A stretch of 32,029 nt of DNA from a plasmid. The notes under the pieces were generated by a model. That model was not told the origin of the DNA, did no database searches, and saw nothing but the letters and a program-made list of their open reading frames with translations. The first letter of the stretch is position 1, and each line of letters starts with the position of its first letter. The position numbers and the translations under genes were made by a program. The stretch lies in sequence record NZ_CP094937.1. One strand, given 5' to 3'. Of this stretch, positions 7,107-15,724 are shown piece after piece.

Positions 7107-10100
7107 CTATAACCCCATATAATTATTTTTAGCAATAAACTCATTGCTTCTCTTAACATATTCCTTACACGAAGTTACCTCTTCTAGTATATATTTATCT
7201 TTATTATTTTTTCTATCACACATAAGCATATCAAAAGTTTCAATCATCTTTAAATGTACCCATCTATCCATAGGAAATTCTTCTAAAAACTTATTTAAAT
7301 TCTCCATTGCTATGGTATATTCACCTTTTTCTATATTTACTAATCCAATTCCTTTATATGATCTCTTTTCACCAAACTCTAATCCTTTTTTAAAATATTT
7401 ATTAGCTTCATCATAATTCTCTTGTTCCATAAAAATATCTCCCATAGTAAGATATGAATTAGAATAATGTACAGGAGAATACTCAATAGCTTTTTTAAGG
7501 CATTCATATGCACAATCATATATCCCTTTACCCATATAAACTCTACCAAAGTTATTATATAACTCAGCTGCCAAGTACCCTTTCCACTCCTCTATAGTTT
7601 CTATATTTATTCCAAGTAAATTATTATACTCCTTTAATCTATCATTCATATTGTTTATAGAGTCAAAACTATTCATATAGTCTTCAAGCTTATCCTCTAA
7701 GATTACTTTATAAAGTCTAATGGCCTTATCATACTCTTGAGAATAAAGTGCATTATTCGCATCTGCAACTAATTTATTAACTATATCTTGTATATATTTA
7801 GCATCAAAATCTTCATAGCCACTTTCTAACGCAACAATATCCCCATACTCATTAAACGTATTATTTATTGCATTTCCAAAGTTCAAACTCTCTAAATATT
7901 CATAACTCATCTTAATAGAGTTAACCTTCTTATTAGACTTAAATATATCAACTCTAATTAAATTTATTTCTTCACCTTCTGAATTATGTAGTCTCATAGG
8001 TATATCATTGTAGAATAAGTTCATATGAATAGTAACTTTATATTTTTTTATATTCCCTGACGATTCAATACAATCCCTGAAAGCCTCACTTATATTTGAT
8101 ATAGCATTATGCATATCTACATTCTCCACTGTACATATATGAGTTGTAGAATCATAACCTTGTAATACTATATCTATATTACCTTTAGTATATACAAAAT
8201 GTTTATTGAAAATCTTATTTAAAACAGAGAAAACATCGTTATAACTTAAAGAACCTGTACTATTTTCGATTCTTATACTAGTTTCATTTTGTTTTCCAAG
8301 CAAATTAGTTAATAAATCTCCTCTGATTTCTTCCATTTTTTCTTTACATCTAAGCATTCCTTCTTTATCTTTAGCTTTTTTATAAGCATAATATGCCTTT
8401 CCATAATTTAAGGTTTCTTCTAACCTTTTACCTTCTTTTAGCCAACCTTGAGCAGTTGTAATTTTTAACATTTCTAAAAGTTCTAAGTTTATTTCCTTTA
8501 AATCCTCTACAGATTCTTTTCCAAATAAAGTCTTAACTATATTGGTATCTTTTTCTAAAAATCCAATAATATTTATCCCTCTAGTTATTGCTACGTATAA
8601 AAGATTAATAAAATGTCTTAAATAAGATTGATTAGATCCATTTTTAATTAACTTCCAATAATTTTTATAAGTAGAAATAAAGTTTACACAGAATATATTT
8701 TTATACTCTAAACCCTTTATTTCTTCTATAGTAAACACCCTTCCTTCATTAGCACCTTCAACTACAAACTGATGCTTTTCAACATATGTAGGAACTACAA
8801 TAGCACAATAGTCTCTTTCATTTACTTCCTCTACTAATTTTTTTATATTCTCAATCTTACAAGGTATTATATAAGGTTTCTTTCCCTCTCTTATACACTC
8901 TTCATGTAAGTCGTATTCACTTTTTAATTTTCCAATATTTTCAACTCTTAAATCTATCAACTTATTTATAAAATCAACTACTCCAGAACTGTTTCTATAG
9001 TTTTTATTTATAAATCTTTCTTCATATGAAATTTTATTTTCATAAAAATATGATTTTAAAAGTTTAAAATCGAAGTTGCTATTGTTTATAGTTTGATTTA
9101 TATCTCCTGCAAAAACTATATTTTCCTTTATATTTGATATATTATAAATAAGTTGAAGGTGATTATTTCTGAAGTCTTGTATTTCATCTACAAATACAAA
9201 ATCATATTTAGGTAAATTTATTTTGTTATTATTACTTTCGTTAACAATCATTTCTATTAACCTAATTTCATCTATGTAACCATTCATTTTTATCCAAGTT
9301 TCATACCTATTATAAATAGTTTTGATAAACTGTATTTCCTTATCACTAAAACCATCATGTGTATAACTCTCTTTGTACATATTTATATTATTAATTTCAT
9401 TGTAAATAATAATAGTGCTTAAATTAAAGTCATTAAATCTATAACATGTTTCTAAAAACCATTTTTCAAAATTACTATATTTTATTATCTTTTCTGGATT
9501 TACTCCCAGTTTTTCTGCACAAAATTCATTTATACATAAAAAATCAATACTATTATTTTCATACTTCTTAAATTTATCAAAATAAGTTTTTGCCTTAGAT
9601 TTTAACAATGATGAATAAGTTATATATGCAGATTTAATATTTAGTTCATTATTTAATATTAACTTATAAATACCTATCATAGTTTTTCCAGAACCTGCAC
9701 ATCCTGAAATTATAACTGGCTTTCCTAGTACCTTCAAACAATCAAATTGACTTTCATTTAAGTAATATAAATAATCATCATTATCCTCTTCTAATGCTAT
9801 AGCTATATATTCATCTTCCAGCACTATAGATATTAAATTTTCTAATCCTAGAGATAAATATCTATTTACATACTCTTCAACCTCATTTTTTATATTTTCA
9901 TCAAACTCATCTTCTTCATATGAATTTAAGTCAAGTTCTAGTGTTTTTTCTAAATGTAAATCTAGATTGTTGTTCATTTCTTTACCTTGTACTATTTGAC
10001 TATCATGATTGCAATATTTCAAGAATACGATTTCATTATTATTGGTATCATCAAATGTGAATAGAATTCTATCTCCACTATTTACTCTAAATTTATATAT

Positions 10101-10256
10101 ACTTGTTCCTATTATTTTTCTTATCCATAAACCTTTTGGTATATGCTTTAGACAGTTTGAACTTGTTATTGCATCCGTAAAATAATTTAATTTACTTAGT
10201 ATGAAGTTTTTTCCTTTTATATCTATATCTCTTAAAAATTCTTGTGATATTCTCAT
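7107..10256 (-). CDS. 1049-aa multidomain protein: N-terminal RelE/ParE-toxin-like domain (~90 aa), UvrD-like SF1 helicase core (Walker A GCAGSGKT, motif II DEIQD, motif III GDINQ, motif IV YRNS, motif VI VAITRG), a ~480-aa C-terminal extension ending in TPR-like repeats
   Basis: Helicase motifs read directly from the translation. The N-terminus KGLWIRKIIGTSIYKFRVNSGDRILFTFDD...IVFLKYCNHD resembles the RelE/ParE core (YR.RVGDYRIIY...H). The C-terminal YDCAYECLKKAIEYSP...YDEANKYFKKGLEF segments are TPR-like. Confidence 0.75.
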   Translation of the reverse strand: MRISQEFLRDIDIKGKNFILSKLNYFTDAITSSNCLKHIPKGLWIRKIIGTSIYKFRVNSGDRILFTFDDTNNNEIVFLKYCNHDSQIVQGKEMNNNLDLHLEKTLELDLNSYEEDEFDENIKNEVEEYVNRYLSLGLENLISIVLEDEYIAIALEEDNDDYLYYLNESQFDCLKVLGKPVIISGCAGSGKTMIGIYKLILNNELNIKSAYITYSSLLKSKAKTYFDKFKKYENNSIDFLCINEFCAEKLGVNPEKIIKYSNFEKWFLETCYRFNDFNLSTIIIYNEINNINMYKESYTHDGFSDKEIQFIKTIYNRYETWIKMNGYIDEIRLIEMIVNESNNNKINLPKYDFVFVDEIQDFRNNHLQLIYNISNIKENIVFAGDINQTINNSNFDFKLLKSYFYENKISYEERFINKNYRNSSGVVDFINKLIDLRVENIGKLKSEYDLHEECIREGKKPYIIPCKIENIKKLVEEVNERDYCAIVVPTYVEKHQFVVEGANEGRVFTIEEIKGLEYKNIFCVNFISTYKNYWKLIKNGSNQSYLRHFINLLYVAITRGINIIGFLEKDTNIVKTLFGKESVEDLKEINLELLEMLKITTAQGWLKEGKRLEETLNYGKAYYAYKKAKDKEGMLRCKEKMEEIRGDLLTNLLGKQNETSIRIENSTGSLSYNDVFSVLNKIFNKHFVYTKGNIDIVLQGYDSTTHICTVENVDMHNAISNISEAFRDCIESSGNIKKYKVTIHMNLFYNDIPMRLHNSEGEEINLIRVDIFKSNKKVNSIKMSYEYLESLNFGNAINNTFNEYGDIVALESGYEDFDAKYIQDIVNKLVADANNALYSQEYDKAIRLYKVILEDKLEDYMNSFDSINNMNDRLKEYNNLLGINIETIEEWKGYLAAELYNNFGRVYMGKGIYDCAYECLKKAIEYSPVHYSNSYLTMGDIFMEQENYDEANKYFKKGLEFGEKRSYKGIGLVNIEKGEYTIAMENLNKFLEEFPMDRWVHLKMIETFDMLMCDRKNNKDKYILEEVTSCKEYVKRSNEFIAKNNYMGL

Positions 10257-10346
10257 ATGTTTTACTCCTTAAAAATATTTTAAACTAAATGACAACATTT
10301 AATTTTGAGCTTTTATCTACTTAATCGTTCTTAAATTTTCAACTAC

Positions 10347-10658
10347 CTATTTTAATTTTCGTTCTATTATTTTTCCATTAAATTTAACTTTATTAAATTT
10401 AATAGGCACTCCTTCTTCATCAATTTTAACTAGTATCTCATCATTATCTAATTGATAAAATAAATTTTCTTCATTTAATACAATTTTCATATCTTCAAAA
10501 CTTTCAAACCCTCTAATTGTTGAACTTATAGAATCATTTATATCATATATTTCAATACTATAGTCTTCCTTACCATTTTTTTCTCCATTAGAGTTTAAAC
10601 TGCATATCTTTATATAATCTATATCTAGCTCATAGTCTAGTAAGTTATTATTTTTCAT
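10347..10658 (-). CDS. Small acidic hypothetical protein (103 aa) encoded 90 bp upstream of the toxin-helicase gene, which is the position an antitoxin would occupy
   Basis: AAAGGAGAT RBS. D/E-rich. Co-oriented with the downstream 7107..10256 gene. Confidence 0.55.
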   Translation of the reverse strand: MKNNNLLDYELDIDYIKICSLNSNGEKNGKEDYSIEIYDINDSISSTIRGFESFEDMKIVLNEENLFYQLDNDEILVKIDEEGVPIKFNKVKFNGKIIERKLK

Positions 10659-10712
10659 AGTAATCTCCTTTTACTAATATTATATTTATATATCCTCCGT
10701 ATATAGGGACAG

Positions 10713-10748
10713 AACCACATATTTATAAAGAGCCATTTTTCGATACAC
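10713..10748 (+). repeat. Copy 2 of the 36-bp conserved motif, in the upstream region of the 10347..10658 / 7107..10256 gene pair
   Basis: aaccacatatttataaagagccatttttcgatacac. Confidence 0.6.
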
Positions 10749-11031
10749 TAAGTGATATAAAATATAAATAATTTAAAAATAAATTATTTATATTTTATAT
10801 CAACATAATTATACCATTTTATGGAATTTTAATTTAATTTTAATTTAAATCCACTTAATATTTATATGATTTACTTAAATTCATTTAGGATAATCTGTGT
10901 TTTTCTGCAAAATAGCACCAATTTTATTGAAGTTTAGTAATTCCAATGAATATATATTAACGTTGATATATTAAGAAATAAGATTTAATATTATATTTAG
11001 ATAAATAAGATTTTTAAAGGAGGAAAATAAT

Positions 11032-11247
11032 ATGCCACAATATAAAATTGTAATGCAATATCCAGATGGAACAAATGAAGAGCAAGATGAAATTTTTGAT
11101 ACAGAAGAAGATGCAGAAGAATATGCTCTTTATTTAGTTAGTTGTAGTGTAGAAGGATCGGAAATTTTAAATTTATCAAATCCTGGGGATTATCCACTTG
11201 GAGATTATGAAGAGTCTACTTTTGAAATAATACAGATATGTAACTAA
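11032..11247 (+). CDS. Small acidic hypothetical protein (71 aa)
   Basis: AAAGGAGGA RBS; an intrinsic terminator follows. Confidence 0.55.
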   Translation: MPQYKIVMQYPDGTNEEQDEIFDTEEDAEEYALYLVSCSVEGSEILNLSNPGDYPLGDYEESTFEIIQICN

Positions 11248-11276
11248 AGATGAGATTATAAGCCTCATATCTTTTT
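11247..11276 (+). terminator. Intrinsic terminator (bulged stem AGATGAG/CTCATATCT, then T5)
   Basis: aagatgagattataagcctcatatcttttt. Confidence 0.45.
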
Positions 11277-11577
11277 AATAGGTCAACAAAGTTACAACAT
11301 TATAGACCTATTAAAGTCAATCTAAAATATTGTAAATCAATTGCTAATCTTATATTTTTTGACTATAGTCAAGTTTATGTTAAAAATTATGTACTTTAAT
11401 AAAGTTAGAAATATCAATATTTAAGTAATCATAGTAAAATCAATAGTTTGAATAAACTTTTGTTCCCAATTGCATAAAACACATAAGTTGACCTTGATAA
11501 AAACCTATGTAGTTTATAATTTTAGATATTGTTTATGATAAATTTTAATAAATAATAAAAATTGAGAGGTGTAATTT

Positions 11578-12162
11578 ATGTTAGACGATAAAAACTTAAG
11601 AAAAGAAAAGTTCATACAAATGGCTAAAGAGGCTAGTGCTTTATTTAAAAACTCTTATCCTGATTTCGGAAAATTTATGATAATATTAGATGATGATGAC
11701 CCTCTAAAGGCTATAATAAATAATGATTCACAGATTAATAGACCTATTTTCCCATTATATAATGATTTTATAGATCGATTTAATCAAGAAATCTATCCAA
11801 AGTATTTAGAGTTTGAAAGAATAGGCTTTTCTTATTTTGGAAACTTTAAATTTCAAAACAAGATGACTGCCTTCATGACTCAAGTATTAAATGAACTTAG
11901 AGTTTATGCAAAAAATACGTCTACTGAACTTGATAATATTCAGTTTTCTAGTGAAAATCCAGCTGACAGATTTCAACAACTAAATTCAGTATTATTTGAA
12001 TTTGAAAGTTCTCTAAATACATATATGGATACATTAATTTTGAAATATATTAAAAACTACGATATTGAGATTACAACTATATCTCAATTTAAGTTGAGAT
12101 ATATAGATATCAATAGATATATGAGAACTATGATTCCAAAAGTAATTGAAAATATAGATTAA
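11578..12162 (+). CDS. Hypothetical protein (194 aa)
   Basis: GAGAGGTG RBS and an ORF with no antisense competitor. No recognisable motif. Confidence 0.55.
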   Translation: MLDDKNLRKEKFIQMAKEASALFKNSYPDFGKFMIILDDDDPLKAIINNDSQINRPIFPLYNDFIDRFNQEIYPKYLEFERIGFSYFGNFKFQNKMTAFMTQVLNELRVYAKNTSTELDNIQFSSENPADRFQQLNSVLFEFESSLNTYMDTLILKYIKNYDIEITTISQFKLRYIDINRYMRTMIPKVIENID

Positions 12163-12173
12163 TTTATATAAAA

Positions 12174-12207
12174 AAGAAGATAGCAAACCGTTCGCTATCT
12201 TCTTTAC
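12174..12207 (+). terminator. Intrinsic terminator (11-bp perfect stem AAGAAGATAGC/GCTATCTTCTT)
   Basis: Read directly; the trailing T-run is weak. Confidence 0.45.
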
Positions 12208-12238
12208 ATAACCTTTAATTTAAATTCTATTGTCTACT

Positions 12239-12302
12239 AAGTACAGCACAACAACTTAATTAGAAGTTCCTACTCTTGTAATTAAGTTGTTGTGCTGTAC
12301 TT
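12239..12302. repeat. Perfect 24-bp-arm inverted repeat (AAGTACAGCACAACAACTTAATTA / TAATTAAGTTGTTGTGCTGTACTT) with a 16-nt loop GAAGTTCCTACTCTTG
   Basis: Read directly. No adjacent T-run, so it is not a canonical terminator. Confidence 0.6.
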
Positions 12303-12385
12303 ATTTTAATTTTATTATTTAGCTTATTAACTTAACTCTATTAAATCAAAAAAATCTATTTATTATTTTATTAATATCTAAAGAT

Positions 12386-12640
12386 TTATTTATTTTTACG
12401 AATAATAGCTCTAATATAGCTTTCAGACATCCTGTATTTACTAGCTAATTCCTTTACATTAAATCCATTAAACTCCTCTATAATTGCTCTATCACGAGCT
12501 TCTTTATATATCATCTTTTCAGTAGGAAAGTACACAGATGTCCCTCCAAATTCTTCAAATAGCACCTTGGTTATATCTATTCCAAGTCTTTCAGCTATAT
12601 TTTCAAATTGTGGAGGTAAATCACTCATTTTTAAATCCAT
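12386..12640 (-). CDS. Small DNA-binding regulator, Mor-like or sigma-70 region-4-like HTH (motif FGGTSVYFP, HTH at the C-terminus)
   Basis: AGGAGGA RBS. 84 aa with ...LFEEFGGTSVYFP...ELASKYRMSESYIRAIIRK, which resembles the Mor/C family of phage late activators. Confidence 0.5.
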   Translation of the reverse strand: MDLKMSDLPPQFENIAERLGIDITKVLFEEFGGTSVYFPTEKMIYKEARDRAIIEEFNGFNVKELASKYRMSESYIRAIIRKNK

Positions 12641-12747
12641 AAAAATATCCTCCTATAAAAAAACTTATTTATATGGATATTCTACAACAACCTACATTTT
12701 CCCTACCTAAATCTATTTATATAATAATTTTGTGCGATACTTTAATT

Positions 12748-12963
12748 CTAAAAATTATTATCTATATCGTCATTGCTAAACTCATTAGCAGTTGCAATCA
12801 CTGTAAACAGAGACCCAGCTAATATACCAATTGCCAATCCTCCTGGTACATTTTCTATAACTTTTTTACTAAATTTTGGACTTTTAGATAATGCTATTTT
12901 TACTATCTTGCTAGATCCATCTATTAATAATTTTTCATTTAGAACACATTTAATCTTATCCAT
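12748..12963 (-). CDS. Small membrane protein (71 aa, one TM segment GGLAIGILAGSLFTVIATA)
   Basis: Very strong RBS AGGAGGAG. Confidence 0.5.
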   Translation of the reverse strand: MDKIKCVLNEKLLIDGSSKIVKIALSKSPKFSKKVIENVPGGLAIGILAGSLFTVIATANEFSNDDIDNNF

Positions 12964-13068
12964 TTCAAACTCCTCCTAGTTAATATATAAATTATTTATG
13001 AGTTAATGATATAATAAAATAGCTAAATTTGAATACCTACAAAATGTAGGTTTTGTTTGGAGGACACA

Positions 13069-13779
13069 ATGAGTAAAATAAAAATAGTAAACATATTTGA
13101 AGATATAAATTCAGAAATAACTAAACAATGTAATACTATAGAAGAAGTTTATGACAATATACCTTTTGTAGATGATAATTTTAAAAAATATATAGATATA
13201 AAGCAAGCCTTTCCATGTTCGTGTATGCCATTATCTATAAAAAATATAATAATTGGAGGAACTATAGATACAAAAAATAATATATTTAAAAAAATAAATA
13301 AAAACAGTAAAAATATATCCAACTTAAACATCGAAAGTAAAGATTGGGAAAAGGAACTAATGAATAAAACTATAGATGAACTTATGAGTATTATAAATTT
13401 CAATAAATTTTCTATTCATAGGTATTTAAATAATTTAAAAGTTTATAAAGACCTTGAACTAAATGATATAATAAAAGACTCAAATCATAAAAGAAAATAT
13501 ATAGAAGCAGTTTTTGCAAGTGATAAAGCTAAGTCTAAAAGAAATCCATCTAGAGATTGTATAATAGGAATTAGCTTTGCTTTTAAATTAAACTTAGTAG
13601 AAACAAATTATTTATTAAAAGCTGCTGGATATAATGAACTGTACCTTAGAAACAAGAGGGATATTATCATCGCTAAAAGTATATTAGAAGGATTTAATAT
13701 AAAAAGTCTAAATCTATACTTGATAAAATATGGAGAGTTTAAAGTCGGAAACTTAGATGACGATGAGGCGTATGCTTAA
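13069..13779 (+). CDS. Hypothetical protein (~236 aa from the ATG at 13069)
   Basis: GGAGGA RBS 4 nt upstream of ATG 13069. The listed ORF start at 13057 is a TTG. Confidence 0.5.
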   Translation: MSKIKIVNIFEDINSEITKQCNTIEEVYDNIPFVDDNFKKYIDIKQAFPCSCMPLSIKNIIIGGTIDTKNNIFKKINKNSKNISNLNIESKDWEKELMNKTIDELMSIINFNKFSIHRYLNNLKVYKDLELNDIIKDSNHKRKYIEAVFASDKAKSKRNPSRDCIIGISFAFKLNLVETNYLLKAAGYNELYLRNKRDIIIAKSILEGFNIKSLNLYLIKYGEFKVGNLDDDEAYA

Positions 13780-13832
13780 ACAAACATACTTAATATAGTA
13801 TTTTAAAAAAATTACATAAATAGAGGTGGAAT

Positions 13833-14241
13833 ATGAGTAAAATTTTTAATTTTTTAAAAATAAAAAAAGGGGATAAATTAATTTTTTACAAGGTTTTTGT
13901 ATGGATATTTTTAATATCAATTATATTTAATTGTATTATTAGCGGAACGTATACTATTATCTCATTTATAGAGGAATCAAAAAAAGATAAACTAGTTTTT
14001 GAAGTTATTAAAATAGATCAAACAACTAAATCTCTTGAAGTTGATGTGCATACTAATTTGCCAAATAATATAGAAATAGCTCTATCTGCAAAGCCAGTTA
14101 AAGACTTGAATAAAATAGGTTTTTCAGAGTCAGGATTAGGTATCTATGGGATTGGAAAAGTTAATAATGGTAAAGCTCATATTAAATTTCAAGGATTAGG
14201 GAAATCAGGAAAGTCATTTGTTATATGTAATACTCCATATA
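13833..14241 (+). pseudogene. 5' part (136 codons, N-terminal TM helix) of a membrane-protein gene split by the Tn3-family insertion. The listed ORF 13833..14300 reads on into the transposon IR
   Basis: Removing 14242..18763 (the transposon plus one TSD copy) joins ...CNTPY in frame to TINASIFLNN... of the ORF at 18764..19878. Confidence 0.7.
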
Positions 14242-14294
14242 GGGGGGAGGACGACATACGTGTAAAAATCGGCCACTTAATTTTGAAACCATTG
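14242..14294 (+). repeat. Tn3-family left terminal inverted repeat (53 bp; similarity continues, degenerate, to about 14315)
   Basis: ggggggaggacgacatacgtgtaaaaatcggccacttaattttgaaaccattg. Confidence 0.9.
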
Positions 14295-14355
14295 AAGTGA
14301 CCGATTTACATAGATTTTTATATATTATGTACTAAATTCTTATAAATAGCTATAT

Positions 14356-14862
14356 CTAAAGTTTAATTTCAAATTGATTATACAAATTACCATTTTTTTC
14401 ATGACTTTTAAAGAATACTCCATTATTATTTAAAATAACTTTTTCAGAGCGTATATTAGCTTTAGCACAATTTAATATAACTTTATCAAGCCCAATTTCT
14501 TTTGCATGCGGTAAGGCTAATTCTAGTATTTTATTTCCATATCCATTACCTCTATGTCTTGGAGCAATATCATACCCTATATGACCATCAAAAGGAACAT
14601 TCCCATGTCTAATTCTAATAGAGCCTAATACTTGTTCTTTATCATTTACCAACCAGAAACTAGAACAAGGAACATATCCTTCAGGAAGGTCAACACCTTT
14701 AGCATTATTGTTAAGTTTACTTACATATTGTTTAAAATCTTTATAGGCATCTCTATAAACATACATGTACTCTGTATCCCCTGATACCTTGTAGTCATTA
14801 ATATATTCTAAAAAGCTATTTTCATATTTTATACTTGGTATTTCCAATCTAATATTCTCCAT
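14356..14862 (-). CDS. GNAT-family N-acetyltransferase (passenger gene inside the transposon)
   Basis: Motif RHRGNGYGNKILELAL (acetyl-CoA-binding Q/RxxGxG/A). 168 aa. Confidence 0.75.
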   Translation of the reverse strand: MENIRLEIPSIKYENSFLEYINDYKVSGDTEYMYVYRDAYKDFKQYVSKLNNNAKGVDLPEGYVPCSSFWLVNDKEQVLGSIRIRHGNVPFDGHIGYDIAPRHRGNGYGNKILELALPHAKEIGLDKVILNCAKANIRSEKVILNNNGVFFKSHEKNGNLYNQFEIKL

Positions 14863-14995
14863 ATAAATTTCCCCCTTTATTTACTCTTGACCATAAAAAC
14901 TTAATATTTAGAATTTTTATATTATTATAGCATTAAACTCTAATACTTTTAACTATTCTCTATAAAATGGTTAATGATTTATAAATAAAATACAT

Positions 14996-15010
14996 TATGA
15001 TATAATCATA
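14996..15010. promoter_or_regulatory. Candidate res subsite I (palindrome TATGAT-ATA-ATCATA) in the intergenic region upstream of tnpR
   Basis: Read directly. In Tn3-family elements the res site lies upstream of tnpR. Tentative. Confidence 0.3.
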
Positions 15011-15120
15011 ACTTACAAGTTTTGATTATAAAAAGTGCTCATTGAAAAATCAATACTTTGAGCATGGTCATAACTAGTAATCATAAATGACTATAAAATT
15101 TATACATCAAGGAGCAAAAT

Positions 15121-15699
15121 ATGATTTACGGATATGCAAGAGTTAGTACTAAATCTCAAGAAGATAACACTAGTTTAGAAAATCAAATAAAAATATTGAA
15201 AGAAAATAACTGCAATGAAATTTTTAAGGAAGTACATACTGGAGCTACAATGGAAAGACCTAAATTTATAGAACTAGAGAGAAAATTATGCTCAGGCGAT
15301 ACTTTAGTTATCACTAAACTGGATAGGTTTACAAGAAGCACAGAAAAAGGAATTAGCAAGATAAAAGAATTAGCCGAAAGAGGTATCAAAGTAAATATCT
15401 TAAATATGGGTGTTGTAGACTTGTCTAATGCCATGGGAAAGATGATGTTTACTATATTATGTGCGTTCTCTGAGTATGAAAAAGACTGTATAGTTGAGAG
15501 AATGAAAGAGGGCAAAGCAATTGCAAAACAAAATCCTAATTTTAGAGAAGGCCGAAAAAAAGTACATAAAGATGAGAAAGTAAAACATGCTCTAGATTTA
15601 TTAAAAACTAATACCTATAAACAAGTTGAATCTATGACAGGCATAAGCGTAGCTACATTAGTTAGAGCAAAGCGTAAAGAAAAAGAGAAAAATTTATAA
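15121..15699 (+). CDS. tnpR: Serine recombinase, the transposon resolvase TnpR (catalytic Ser in [11 protein letters not shown]-terminal HTH)
   Basis: [22 protein letters not shown]... is the canonical resolvase/invertase N-terminus. AAGGAG RBS. Confidence 0.9.
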   Translation: MIYGYARVSTKSQEDNTSLENQIKILKENNCNEIFKEVHTGATMERPKFIELERKLCSGDTLVITKLDRFTRSTEKGISKIKELAERGIKVNILNMGVVDLSNAMGKMMFTILCAFSEYEKDCIVERMKEGKAIAKQNPNFREGRKKVHKDEKVKHALDLLKTNTYKQVESMTGISVATLVRAKRKEKEKNL

Positions 15700-15724
15700 T
15701 TTATTTTAAGAAGGACTGACATGA

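Noticed and set aside
7144-7416. Plus-strand 90-aa ORF inside the helicase gene
   Set aside because: It is entirely antisense to a 1049-aa ORF with clear helicase motifs, has low-complexity S/L/F-rich composition and has no RBS.
12263-12278. Loop sequence GAAGTTCCTAC resembling an FRT half-site
   Set aside because: The similarity is short. No Flp-like tyrosine recombinase is present, and the site lacks the FRT inverted-repeat architecture. Treated as coincidence.
12773-13403. ORFs 12773..12979 (+) and 13149..13403 (-)
   Set aside because: Each overlaps, on the opposite strand, a gene with a strong RBS (12748..12963 and 13069..13779). They are hydrophobic low-complexity frames with no RBS.
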